A DNA stretch of 64,000 bases from Candidatus Moranbacteria bacterium RIFOXYA12_FULL_35_19. Lineage in GTDB: Bacteria; Patescibacteriota; Minisyncoccia; Moranbacterales; UBA2206. The notes under the pieces are model-generated. The model had not been told where the DNA came from, made no database searches, and saw only the letters and a list, made by a program, of their open reading frames with translations. Where the stretch lies: the NCBI GenBank assembly GCA_001784805.1, contig MFSE01000021.1, forward strand, positions 4,241-68,240. Reading direction: 5' to 3'. Of this stretch, positions 18,567 to 27,386 are shown piece by piece. The translations under genes were made by a program, and so were the position numbers. Every line of letters begins with the position of its first letter. The stretch's first letter is position 1.

Positions 18567-21110
18567 ATGCTTATTAGGGGTAATTGTATTAGATGTCACG
18601 AATATGGAAACCTTCAGCCTGATAGATCTTTTAGGAAAGGTGTTTGTGAAATGTGTATCGACAAGGAAGAACGAGAGAAGATAAAGAAAGAGGAAATATT
18701 GGAGAAAAGCAGAATGGAAGTAGTTCTAAAAGATCTTGCGCCTGCACTATCTTTTTTAGACAAAGATAATTACTTTGAAGCCGATTGGTTTGTACTAGGA
18801 AAGCAATCTAGTGAGCTACTCAAAGAATATGAAAAAATAAAATTAAAGTTTGTTAAGGCAGATTTACTAAATTTAGAAAGAAAGATTGGAGAAAAGGAAG
18901 GATATTTCGATGATGAAAAAGCAACTGTGCTTTCAGCAACAGGCAAAAATATTCTTGTTCAAGCTCGTGCTGGTTCTGGAAAAACAACAGTGGTGGCATT
19001 ACGAGTAAGGCAACTAATTAAATATTACAAAGCAAAACCCAATGAGATTTTAGTGCTTGCTTTTAATAACAAAGCAGCTGATGAATTTCGTGATCGCATA
19101 GAGAAATATTGTGGAAAGGGATTTGCGACAAAGTCAAATACGCTTACCTTTCATGCCTTGGCGCGTCGCATTGCAAATTCAAATAAGAATCTTTTGGATG
19201 GAGAAAAAATTATTGGCACCGAAAATGATTGTCGTGGACAAGACAAGAAACTCCAAATTGATTTTATGCAGGAATGCTTTAATAATGTTGAAGAAAGAGA
19301 GAATGGTATTATAGAGAAATTATTTTATTATTTCTTAAAAACTGTTTCAGAAAAAATGAGAGGAGCGTTTCGGGATGATAAGGACTACTATTTTTATTTG
19401 AGGAATTTGCAACAAACAACTATTGCGGGGGAATTTGTAAAATCTAAAGGCGAAAAATATATTGCCGATTTTTTATTTGAACATAGAATTTCCAAAAATG
19501 GAAAAGAGCTTGAATATGTTTACGAACATAATATAAAGGATTTTATTAAAAGTGCTCGTGCATATTCGCCAGACTTTTCATTATTTTTTTCTGATGATGA
19601 GAAAAAAGAAAAACTACAGGCCGTAATAGAGTACTTTGGTTTTACAGAAAAAAATAAGGGATTTCCTGGTTTTTTTGAAACGGAAAAAGAAGCACAAGAT
19701 TATTTGGACGAAGCTAAGAATAAAAGACAATTATTCCAAGGTAAAAAAATCGCGTTTATTGAGATTTCACAAGATCATTTTGATCAAATCGCGGTTAATA
19801 ATTTTAGGGATGAAGAATCTGAGCGATTTGAGTTTGAAAATATTATTCGACGAAAGCTGATTAAATTAGGTTTTGATATTTCAGAGAATAGATTGGGTAT
19901 AAAAGAGATATTATCTAAAATACCTAGAATGGAAAGGCGAAAAAAAAAGTTAGTTTTTCAAATTACTCAATTTATTAATAAAGCTCAAAAATTATCCTAC
20001 GATCCAGATAAGATTAGAGAAAAAGCTGAAATTGAAAAGAAGAATGGCGATTTAAGTTCACGAAACGAATATTTTTTAAAAATTGTTTCTCGTGTTTACC
20101 GAGAGTATTGTGACCAATTAATAAAACAATCCTGCACCGATTTTGATGGTCTTTTTGTTGATGCAATTAATAAAATAAAAAATGAGGGTGGAAAATGCAA
20201 GATAGTATCAAAATACGGAGAAGTAGAGATTGCGAATATAAAATATATTCTCATTGATGAGTATCAAGATTTTTCAGAGCTTTTTTATAGGCTTATTGAT
20301 GAAATTAGGAATGTAAGCTTGCCAGTTTCTCTTTTTTGTGTCGGCGACGACTGGCAGGCAATTAATGGTTTTGCTGGATCAGATTTAGAATATTTTGAAA
20401 ATTTTGAAAGAAAATATTTTATCGGTGGGCGCAGAATATCACTCCTAACAAATTATCGGAGTGGTGGGGACATTGTTCGGCATGCTAATTTATTAATGGA
20501 TGGTCGTGGCCCTAGCGGAGAACCAGAAAAAAATAAATCAAATGGCGCCATATATCTTTCCAAATTGCTCAGAGTGGAATTAAGATCAAATCAAGACTAT
20601 ATAAAAGAATTTAATAATGATAAAAAATATAGATTAGCGGCACGGTCGCTCGTTGGTTTGCAAGATAAAGCTAAGAAAACCCCATTAGAGATTAGTCGAT
20701 ATCTTAAAACAGTAGAAGCCATTGCAAGGAATATAGGCAATAAAGATATTTGCTTACTATTTCGTACTAATAGTCTTTATGGTGTAGAAATATCACGATT
20801 TACGAAGGTAATTCTAACATGGTGTCCTCAGCAGCATATTATTTGCTCAACTGTGCATAGTTTTAAAGGCAAAGAAAAGGAAGTAGTTATTGTTGTTGAT
20901 GCAAATCGCAAAAAATTTCCTAAAATTCATCCAGATAATGAGCTTATGGACTTGCTTGGGGTCAATATGTTAAAAGTGCTAGAAGAAGAGCGGCGATTAT
21001 TTTATGTTGCAATTACAAGAGCTAAGGAAGAATTATATTTGTTGTATGATGAAGAAATTGGTTATTCAGATTTTATCTCTCCTGAGAGGTGGCGATATTT
21101 GCAAATCTAA
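18567..21110 (+). CDS. SF1 UvrD/Rep/HelD-like helicase with N-terminal Cys4 zinc ribbon
   Basis: CIRCHEYGN...CEMCID zinc ribbon. Motif I ARAGSGKTT, motif II ILIDEYQDF, motif III GDDWQAINGFAG, motif IV TNYRSG, motifs V/VI TVHSFKGKEKEVV / YVAITRAKEEL. Confidence 0.8.
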   Translation: MLIRGNCIRCHEYGNLQPDRSFRKGVCEMCIDKEEREKIKKEEILEKSRMEVVLKDLAPALSFLDKDNYFEADWFVLGKQSSELLKEYEKIKLKFVKADLLNLERKIGEKEGYFDDEKATVLSATGKNILVQARAGSGKTTVVALRVRQLIKYYKAKPNEILVLAFNNKAADEFRDRIEKYCGKGFATKSNTLTFHALARRIANSNKNLLDGEKIIGTENDCRGQDKKLQIDFMQECFNNVEERENGIIEKLFYYFLKTVSEKMRGAFRDDKDYYFYLRNLQQTTIAGEFVKSKGEKYIADFLFEHRISKNGKELEYVYEHNIKDFIKSARAYSPDFSLFFSDDEKKEKLQAVIEYFGFTEKNKGFPGFFETEKEAQDYLDEAKNKRQLFQGKKIAFIEISQDHFDQIAVNNFRDEESERFEFENIIRRKLIKLGFDISENRLGIKEILSKIPRMERRKKKLVFQITQFINKAQKLSYDPDKIREKAEIEKKNGDLSSRNEYFLKIVSRVYREYCDQLIKQSCTDFDGLFVDAINKIKNEGGKCKIVSKYGEVEIANIKYILIDEYQDFSELFYRLIDEIRNVSLPVSLFCVGDDWQAINGFAGSDLEYFENFERKYFIGGRRISLLTNYRSGGDIVRHANLLMDGRGPSGEPEKNKSNGAIYLSKLLRVELRSNQDYIKEFNNDKKYRLAARSLVGLQDKAKKTPLEISRYLKTVEAIARNIGNKDICLLFRTNSLYGVEISRFTKVILTWCPQQHIICSTVHSFKGKEKEVVIVVDANRKKFPKIHPDNELMDLLGVNMLKVLEEERRLFYVAITRAKEELYLLYDEEIGYSDFISPERWRYLQI

Positions 21111-21141
21111 TTCAATTAAAAGATATAAAAATTTTAAACTT

Positions 21142-22662
21142 ATGAACATAGAAGAGGGTGAAAGGAAGGGGAAAAAATGGTGGAAATATTTGCTGTATTT
21201 TTTTTGTGGGTGGTTATTTTTTTTCGCCCTGGCATGTTTTTTAATTATAAAAGGTGGATATAATTTAAGAGCAGAGTTAAAAGAGGATTGGATTATAGTT
21301 TTTTTTATTACAATTTTCCCTGCTATTATTTCAATACTTTTAATTGATTTTATAATCGTAAAAGAAAAAATGTTTACAAATTTTTATTACTACTGGATAT
21401 ATTTTTCTGCAGGATTATTTCTTTTCTCTCTTTGGCTATATGGAGCAGAGGATAATTTACAAGCTTTGGGTATAATGGCTATTTTAATGGGGTTAATGAT
21501 TTCAATTGTTGCAAACATTTCCTATAAATTAATTATTGGAAAAAAAGACTTAGATGATGATGAGAAAAGCATTTGGCCAAATCTTAATATTCCAGTTTTT
21601 AGAAAAATAATCAATCTATTGCGTAGAAAAAATCAGCGATGGGATTTCAAAAAGATCGGTGCTATTTTTTTGATTATTTTAGTAGTGATTGTGGTGTTCT
21701 TATATCAGAAAATCAGAATTGAATCAGCCTTTTTTTGTAGCAAGGAAAGTGTTAATAGGGCAGTTAAGGGGGTTGTTTTGATTGAGGGCAGTGAAGGCAG
21801 TGGCAGTGGATTTTTTATCTCCCCTAATATGGTACTGACAAATAATCATGTGGTTAGTTTCAATAAAGATCTTAGTATAAGTGGTTATAATGGGCATACT
21901 TCTGATGTTCGAGTAGTTGCTACGGATACGGTTATGGATCTTGCTATCTTGGAGGTCAAGGGAATAGAAGGGACAAAAGAATTGGGGTGGAGAAAAAATC
22001 CTATAAAACAATTAGATGAAGTCTATGCCGTAGGTTTTCCTAGTGGTAGAAAAAATATTTCAATAACCAGAGGAATTGTTTCTGCCTTAACACTGGATGA
22101 TTTTAATAGTAATCAATATATTCAAATGGATGCCGCAATTAACCCTGGTAATTCGGGTGGTCCATTGCTAGACGGATGTGGAAAAGTTGTCGGTATTAAT
22201 ACTTCTTCTTTGCGAAATGCTCAAAATATCGGATTCGCCATAAGAGCTAATCAGATTGAAGCACGCGTTGCAAAGATGCTGGAGAAAAGCAAGTTAGCTT
22301 CCAGAGAGGAAATAGAAAAAAACTATCCTAGCGATCAAGCAGAGGTTGTGGCCAGATATTATGATGCTCTTGGTGCTGGTATGCTAGAGGAAGCTTATGA
22401 TTTTTATTCGATAGATCGCAAGAAAAAAATTCCATTTGAAAACTGGAAAGAAGGATTCGATAACACTTATTTTATCACATTAAAAAAAGTAGAATTAACA
22501 CCTAATGAAAATACAGTCTTTGCTTCACTTCTTGCAACTGATTTTGGAGAAGAATTTTATACTTTTATAACTAAGGAATTTGAAGGTCAATGGAAATTGA
22601 TTCGTGAAGATGGACTTTGGAAATTAAATGAATCACAGATAGATGAAATACAAGATAATTAA
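21142..22662 (+). CDS. membrane-anchored trypsin-like serine protease (S1C/HtrA-like catalytic domain, no PDZ)
   Basis: N-terminal polytopic TM region, then GSGSGFFISPNMVLTNNHVV (His), DLAILEV (Asp), GNSGGPLLD (Ser). The start at 21142 is chosen over the overlapping 21004 start. Confidence 0.75.
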   Translation: MNIEEGERKGKKWWKYLLYFFCGWLFFFALACFLIIKGGYNLRAELKEDWIIVFFITIFPAIISILLIDFIIVKEKMFTNFYYYWIYFSAGLFLFSLWLYGAEDNLQALGIMAILMGLMISIVANISYKLIIGKKDLDDDEKSIWPNLNIPVFRKIINLLRRKNQRWDFKKIGAIFLIILVVIVVFLYQKIRIESAFFCSKESVNRAVKGVVLIEGSEGSGSGFFISPNMVLTNNHVVSFNKDLSISGYNGHTSDVRVVATDTVMDLAILEVKGIEGTKELGWRKNPIKQLDEVYAVGFPSGRKNISITRGIVSALTLDDFNSNQYIQMDAAINPGNSGGPLLDGCGKVVGINTSSLRNAQNIGFAIRANQIEARVAKMLEKSKLASREEIEKNYPSDQAEVVARYYDALGAGMLEEAYDFYSIDRKKKIPFENWKEGFDNTYFITLKKVELTPNENTVFASLLATDFGEEFYTFITKEFEGQWKLIREDGLWKLNESQIDEIQDN

Positions 22663-22754
22663 TTTGAAAATGGGCTAGTTATTTTTATTAAAGGTCGAAG
22701 GTGCTAAACTACCTCAAACGCTTAAAATTAAATTAAAAATTAAATTAAAAAAAT

Positions 22755-23507
22755 ATGAAAAAAATATTTATGCTCCTAGGTATCATGCTGTTTGTTGGTT
22801 TGGCTAATCATTGTGAGGCAAGTACATTTTTTGATGATTTCAATGATGGAAATGCTGATGGGTGGTCGGCTCATAGCCCATATCCTGGACGCAGTGATTT
22901 TGGAAATTGGAGAGTTGAAGATGGAATCGTAAAGCAAGATAATGGAGGGGATCATTATAAATTTCTTTTAGATAACCAGCCTATGTCTAGCCAATCCGTT
23001 GAAGCAAAAGTTCTATGGCATGATAATGGTTATGCAGGAATTACAGTTTGGTACCAAGACGATAAAAATTGGGTGGATGTATTTTACCCTTACGGCATAG
23101 GTTTTCGTGTTATGGAGGTAATCGACGGCAACTTTTACTATGGCGATTATCCAACTATATTTAGCGAAAGAAAGTGGCAAGATTTAAAAATTGATGCCAA
23201 TAGTATTACTGGAGAATTGGCGATATACTTAGATGACGAATATATTGCAACGCATACAGTTGTTACTCCTAATAGAACTGGACTATCTGGGATTAGTAGT
23301 GGAAATGCTGGCGGAAGCTTTGACGATTTTAGTTTAACTTCAAAACCTATTCTTGTTGGTCCTCCGACTAAATTGAATCAATGTGCAAAAAAAGGATGGA
23401 AAACTTTCAACAATCCTTCATTTAAGAATCAAGGAGCTTGCGTGAGCTATGTCCAGAAAGCAATTCTAAAAAAGATAAAAAAGGCCATAAAAAACGCTAA
23501 TAAATAA
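22755..23507 (+). CDS. secreted LamG/DUF1080-like (concanavalin-fold) protein
   Basis: Signal peptide MKKIFMLLGIMLFVGLANHCEA; FDDFNDGNADGW...W.VEDG pattern typical of DUF1080. Confidence 0.5.
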   Translation: MKKIFMLLGIMLFVGLANHCEASTFFDDFNDGNADGWSAHSPYPGRSDFGNWRVEDGIVKQDNGGDHYKFLLDNQPMSSQSVEAKVLWHDNGYAGITVWYQDDKNWVDVFYPYGIGFRVMEVIDGNFYYGDYPTIFSERKWQDLKIDANSITGELAIYLDDEYIATHTVVTPNRTGLSGISSGNAGGSFDDFSLTSKPILVGPPTKLNQCAKKGWKTFNNPSFKNQGACVSYVQKAILKKIKKAIKNANK

Positions 23508-23552
23508 AAGAAAGCATTAATAGTAAAAATAAGACTAAAACACTACAAATAA

Positions 23553-23586
23553 AAAGACGGATCCCCAAATTAGATCCGTCTTTATA
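23553..23586 (+). terminator. intrinsic terminator (aaagacggatc-cccaaatta-gatccgtcttt)
   Basis: 11-bp perfect stem followed by a T-rich tract. Confidence 0.65.
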
Positions 23587-23723
23587 GTTGGTTAATTTAC
23601 TACTTCTCTTTTTACGCTGTGGGTATGTGGAATAGTTTGCCAATTCGGAGCCGGAAGATCTAACTGGAACTCAAAAGGGACTACCTTATTCTCAAAATAA
23701 TGTTGGGTTGTGCTTTGAGTGTG

Positions 23724-23833
23724 CCAATTTTTAGCGACATAAAATTTAGTTATATAGTTTAAAAGTTATAAAGTTAGTATAGGGGGAATATAAACTCATT
23801 GTGTATGGAGAAAGTTTCTTTGTCAATGAAGGG
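23724..23833 (-). pseudogene. duplicated ychF 5' end (first 17 nt / 6 codons MSLKIG) plus its upstream divergent-promoter region
   Basis: ccaatttttagcgacat is identical to the ychF start at 17535-17551. It is followed by the related spacer and the identical 34-mer at 23797-23830. Confidence 0.6.
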
Positions 23834-23880
23834 AAATGTGGTATAATTTGTTTAGCGAAATAAAACTTTTAAAATTATTT

Positions 23881-24729
23881 ATGTCAGAAAAAAAAATACA
23901 AAAAAGAAATATAGAAAAAAGTGTTAAAATAAAAGTGCGAAAAGTAAAGAGTGAAAAAAATAAACCTGCCTCGTCGGCTCACAGGAAACCAAAAATTGCG
24001 ATTGTGAGTTTGACATCTTGCGAGGGTTGTCAGTTTGCTCTTTTGGATTTAGGGCAAAGATTTTTGGATTTCGCCAATTCGGTAGAAATGGTGGATTTTC
24101 GTTTGATTGAAGATGAAGAAGATTTGGGAAAAAAACTCGATTTAGTTTTAGTGGAGGGAAATCCCGTAACAAAAGATAATATAAAAACTTTGAAAGAAGC
24201 CAGAAAAAGAAGTCGAATTTTAGTAGCCATGGGAAATTGTGCGGCCATGGGCGGAATACCAGAAATAAAAAATTATCAAGAAAAAACCAATACGATTAAG
24301 CATGTCTATAAATATATTGCAGGCGTGTCCAATCCAGAGATAAAAGAAATTGATAATTTTGTGAAAGTTGATTTTTCTTTACCTGGTTGCCCAATAAATC
24401 CGGAAGAATTTTTGCGATATGTGCCGGAATTATTAAACGGCAAAATTCCAATTATCCTCGATCAGCCGGTTTGTGTGGAATGTAAAAAAGCCGGAAATCA
24501 ATGTTTGCTATTGGATAAAAAACCATGTTTTGGTCCAATGATTTTGGGTGGTTGCAATGCAGTTTGTCCTAGCGCTGGCATGATGTGTCAAGGTTGTCGC
24601 GGACTTCGACCAAAGGGCAATGTTTCGGCTATGCGAGCGACATTGAAAAATATGATGACAGATGAAGAATTTGAAAATGTTTCAGAGATATACGGGTTAA
24701 GAGATAGTATAGAAGAAAAAACAAAGTAG
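23881..24729 (+). CDS. [NiFe] hydrogenase small subunit, cytoplasmic (group 3-like; no Tat motif)
   Basis: KIAIVSLTSCEGCQF proximal-cluster cysteines; C-terminal CxxC...C ferredoxin-like clusters. The start could also be 23836. A TTGTCA-16-TGgTATAAT promoter lies at 23819-23846. Confidence 0.85.
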   Translation: MSEKKIQKRNIEKSVKIKVRKVKSEKNKPASSAHRKPKIAIVSLTSCEGCQFALLDLGQRFLDFANSVEMVDFRLIEDEEDLGKKLDLVLVEGNPVTKDNIKTLKEARKRSRILVAMGNCAAMGGIPEIKNYQEKTNTIKHVYKYIAGVSNPEIKEIDNFVKVDFSLPGCPINPEEFLRYVPELLNGKIPIILDQPVCVECKKAGNQCLLLDKKPCFGPMILGGCNAVCPSAGMMCQGCRGLRPKGNVSAMRATLKNMMTDEEFENVSEIYGLRDSIEEKTK

Positions 24730-24735
24730 CATCCC

Positions 24736-24766
24736 TACGAATTACGAAAATTTACGAATGTACGAA
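24736..24766. repeat. left terminal inverted repeat flanking the GxxExxY gene
   Basis: ctacgaattacgaaaatttacgaatgtacgaa; the reverse complement of 25167-25198 matches at 28/32 positions. Confidence 0.8.
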
Positions 24767-25159
24767 AATAAATATAAAATTAAAAAAGACATATTATATC
24801 CACAGGAAGTTTTTGAAATTGTGGGGATTATGTATGATGTTTGGGATAAGGTTGGTTATGGGCATAAAGAAATTTTTTATGAAAAGGCTGCTGCAGAAAT
24901 ATTTAGAAAGAAAAATAAAAAATTTAAAGAGCAATTAAGATGCAAAGTAAAATTAGGAGATAAGGATTTGGGAATATACATTTTTGATTTTATTTATGAA
25001 GAAAAAATAGTCATTGAATTAAAACAGGGAGAAAATTTTTCAAAACAAAATATTAATCAAGTTTATGCTTATTTGAAAGCGACTAATCTGAAACTTGGGT
25101 TGCTTATCAATTTTACAAGAAAAGGTGTAAAGTTTAAAAGAATTGTAAATATAAAATAA
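24758..25159 (+). CDS. GxxExxY family protein (PD-(D/E)xK nuclease-like, TIGR04256-type)
   Basis: VGYGHKEIFYEKA (GxxExxY), DFIYEEKIVIELK (D..E.K), and C-terminal LKLGLLINFTRKGVKFKRIVN family signature. Confidence 0.85.
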   Translation: MYENKYKIKKDILYPQEVFEIVGIMYDVWDKVGYGHKEIFYEKAAAEIFRKKNKKFKEQLRCKVKLGDKDLGIYIFDFIYEEKIVIELKQGENFSKQNINQVYAYLKATNLKLGLLINFTRKGVKFKRIVNIK

Positions 25160-25166
25160 TTAAGAA

Positions 25167-25198
25167 TTCGTACATTCGTATGATTTCGTAATTCGTAG
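25167..25198. repeat. right terminal inverted repeat flanking the GxxExxY gene
   Basis: ttcgtacattcgtatgatttcgtaattcgtag; ends 4 nt before the hydrogenase large-subunit ATG. Confidence 0.8.
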
Positions 25199-25202
25199 AG
25201 TT

Positions 25203-26462
25203 ATGAATATTAAGATTAATCACATAGCGAAAATGGAAGGGCATGCTGGTTTTATGGCGAGCGTAATGCGTGGTGATGTGAAATCTTCCAAACTGGAAGT
25301 GCAGGAAGGAATCCGCTTGATCGAAGGAGTTTTGATCGGCCGGCATTTTTCGGATATGCCCGTGATTGCCCAAAGGATTTGTGGAATTTGTCCTGTAGTG
25401 CATAATTTGACTGCGATAAAATCTATCGAAAATGCTTTTGGTATCAAAGTGAGTGAAGAAACAGAAAAACTTCGTGAGATAATGGAACTGGGGCAGATTA
25501 TTCATTCGCACGCACTGCATCTTTTCTTTTTGTCGCTGGCGGATTTTTTTAATATTGATAATGATTTGAAATTGACGGAAAAATATCCGCAGGAAACAAA
25601 AAAAGCCATCAGAATCAGGGAGTATGGAATGGAAATAGTGCGAGCGATTGGCGGAAGAGTGATTCACCCCTTGACCAATGAAGTGGGCGGATTCAAAAAA
25701 ATTCCTGATGTTTCCGAATTGAAAAAATTGGTTTTTTCTTCCGGAGAAATTTTAGAAGACGCCATTGATTTGGGAAAATTTTTCAAAAAAATAATCCTGC
25801 CAGATTTTTGGCGGAAAACTGAATATGTGGGTCTTTTGAAATCCGGCAAATATGCGATTTATGATGGAGATGTTGTTTCCAATTTCGGTTTGCATATTCC
25901 TGTTAGCAGTTTTGAAAATAATTTTCATGAATTGCAAAAACAAAAAGAAGTGATAAAAAGAGTGGAGCATAATGAAAAAAGTTATATGGTCGGAGCAATT
26001 GCCCGAGTCAATTTGAACAAAAATAAATTGCGACCGTCGGCACACCGATATTTAGAAAGTTTGGAATTGAAATTTCCTAATTATAATCCGTTTAACAATA
26101 TTTTATTTCAAATGGTGGAGGTAATTCATGTTATTGAAGAGTCATCGCTTCTGATCAAACAAATCCTTCATTCTAATATGGAAAATGTTTTGACAAAACC
26201 GTATGAGATAAAAGAAGGAGTGGGAGCAGCCGCGGTGGAAGCGCCCAGAGGGACACTGTATTATCACACAGAAATCGATGCCAAGGGCTATGTTAAAAAT
26301 GTTAATATTATTACGCCAACGGCCCAATTTTTGTCAAATTTAGAAAATGATATTGCTCAATATATTCCGAGTGTTATGAAATTAAAAAATAAAGATAGGG
26401 AAAGAAAATTGCGGGCTTTTATTCGAGCGTATGATCCGTGTATATCATGTGCAGTACACTAA
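25203..26462 (+). CDS. [NiFe] hydrogenase large subunit (ends at the terminal His; no cleavable C-terminal extension)
   Basis: N-terminal RICGICPVVH (RxCGxCxxxH), C-terminal DPCISCAVH (DPCxxCxxH) followed by the stop; EGH near the N-terminus. Confidence 0.9.
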   Translation: MNIKINHIAKMEGHAGFMASVMRGDVKSSKLEVQEGIRLIEGVLIGRHFSDMPVIAQRICGICPVVHNLTAIKSIENAFGIKVSEETEKLREIMELGQIIHSHALHLFFLSLADFFNIDNDLKLTEKYPQETKKAIRIREYGMEIVRAIGGRVIHPLTNEVGGFKKIPDVSELKKLVFSSGEILEDAIDLGKFFKKIILPDFWRKTEYVGLLKSGKYAIYDGDVVSNFGLHIPVSSFENNFHELQKQKEVIKRVEHNEKSYMVGAIARVNLNKNKLRPSAHRYLESLELKFPNYNPFNNILFQMVEVIHVIEESSLLIKQILHSNMENVLTKPYEIKEGVGAAAVEAPRGTLYYHTEIDAKGYVKNVNIITPTAQFLSNLENDIAQYIPSVMKLKNKDRERKLRAFIRAYDPCISCAVH

Positions 26463-26463
26463 T

Positions 26464-26556
26464 TCATGTAACATATAACATGAAACAATTTTTTAATAAT
26501 TTAATATTGTATGAATTGTGTAGCTTGTTGTATGCTACATGTTTCATGCTACATGA
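26464..26556. repeat. CATGAAA-family hairpin element
   Basis: catgtaacatataacatgaaaca ... tgtttcatgctacatg. Confidence 0.7.
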
Positions 26557-26933
26557 TTATGACAGAACTTAATCAAATTTATAAATGCAATGTTTGCGGG
26601 AACATTGTAGAGATGACTCATACTGGAATAGGTGAGTTGGTTTGTTGTGGACAACCGATGGAACTTAAACAAGAAAAAACGGAAGATGAAGGAATGGAAA
26701 AACATGTGCCCATAATTGAAAAAACGGCCATCGGCGTGATTGTGAGTGTAGGAAAAATTGCTCATCCGATGGAGTCAGCTCATTATATCGAATGGATTGA
26801 AGTAATCACGGAGCATCGAGTCTACAGAAAGCATCTTGAACCTAGTCAAGAACCATCGGCTGAATTTTGTCTGGAAGCGGAACGCATTGAAGCTAGGGCT
26901 TATTGTAATGTGCATGGACTTTGGAAATCCTAA
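26553..26933 (+). CDS. dfx: desulfoferrodoxin (2Fe superoxide reductase)
   Basis: N-terminal desulforedoxin CNVCGN...CCGQPM; C-terminal SOR domain HVPIIEKT...H..E..H; the start is trimmed from 26511 to avoid hairpin-encoded residues. Confidence 0.85.
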   Translation: MIMTELNQIYKCNVCGNIVEMTHTGIGELVCCGQPMELKQEKTEDEGMEKHVPIIEKTAIGVIVSVGKIAHPMESAHYIEWIEVITEHRVYRKHLEPSQEPSAEFCLEAERIEARAYCNVHGLWKS

Positions 26934-27001
26934 TAATCACGAATGGGAAAACGAATGGATGCGAATTATTCGAGTAAATTCGTTTAAACATTAGCGACAA
27001 T

Positions 27002-27283
27002 TTGAATATCGTGCATGACTTTATTTTAGCTAAAGAAATAATTGATGAATTGAAAAGAATTTCTCAAGAAAAAAAACTTGGGCAGATTCGCAGTGTGAAT
27101 GTGGAGATCGGGACAATCGCTTTGGCGCATGATGGATTTGAGGAACATACCGAAGACATATCACTGGAAAATTTACAGTTTGGATTGCAAAGTATTGCAA
27201 AAAACACTGAATTTTCGGAGGTTAAATTCAATATCAAAAAAGTAGCGGGAGAGAATTGGAAAATAACGGAGGTTGAGGTATAA
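27002..27283 (+). CDS. HypA-like N-terminal domain protein lacking the zinc-ribbon (putative Ni-insertion accessory)
   Basis: MNIVHDFILAKEIIDELK..IRSVNVEIGTIA resembles the HypA MHE..A..I N-terminal domain; no CxxC pairs. Confidence 0.35.
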   Translation: MNIVHDFILAKEIIDELKRISQEKKLGQIRSVNVEIGTIALAHDGFEEHTEDISLENLQFGLQSIAKNTEFSEVKFNIKKVAGENWKITEVEV

Positions 27284-27288
27284 TAAAG

Positions 27289-27386
27289 ACATATAACATG
27301 TAACATACAACATGTAACATGCAACAAAAGGCAAGAATTTCATAAATTTTTATGCTATATGTTTCATGCTTCATGTTTCATGAATT
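27289..27386. repeat. CATGAAA-family hairpin element
   Basis: acatataacatgtaacatacaacatgtaacatgcaac ... gtttcatgcttcatgtttcatg. Confidence 0.7.

Noticed and set aside
21004-21141. Protease ORF start at 21004 overlapping the helicase by 107 nt
   Set aside because: The upstream extension overlaps the preceding gene. The ATG at 21142 directly precedes the hydrophobic N-terminus and avoids the overlap.
26511-26552. dfx start at 26511 (MNCVACCMLHVSCY...)
   Set aside because: These codons are encoded by the CATGAAA hairpin arm, whereas canonical Dfx begins just before the YKCxxCGN motif. The start at 26553 or 26559 is preferred.
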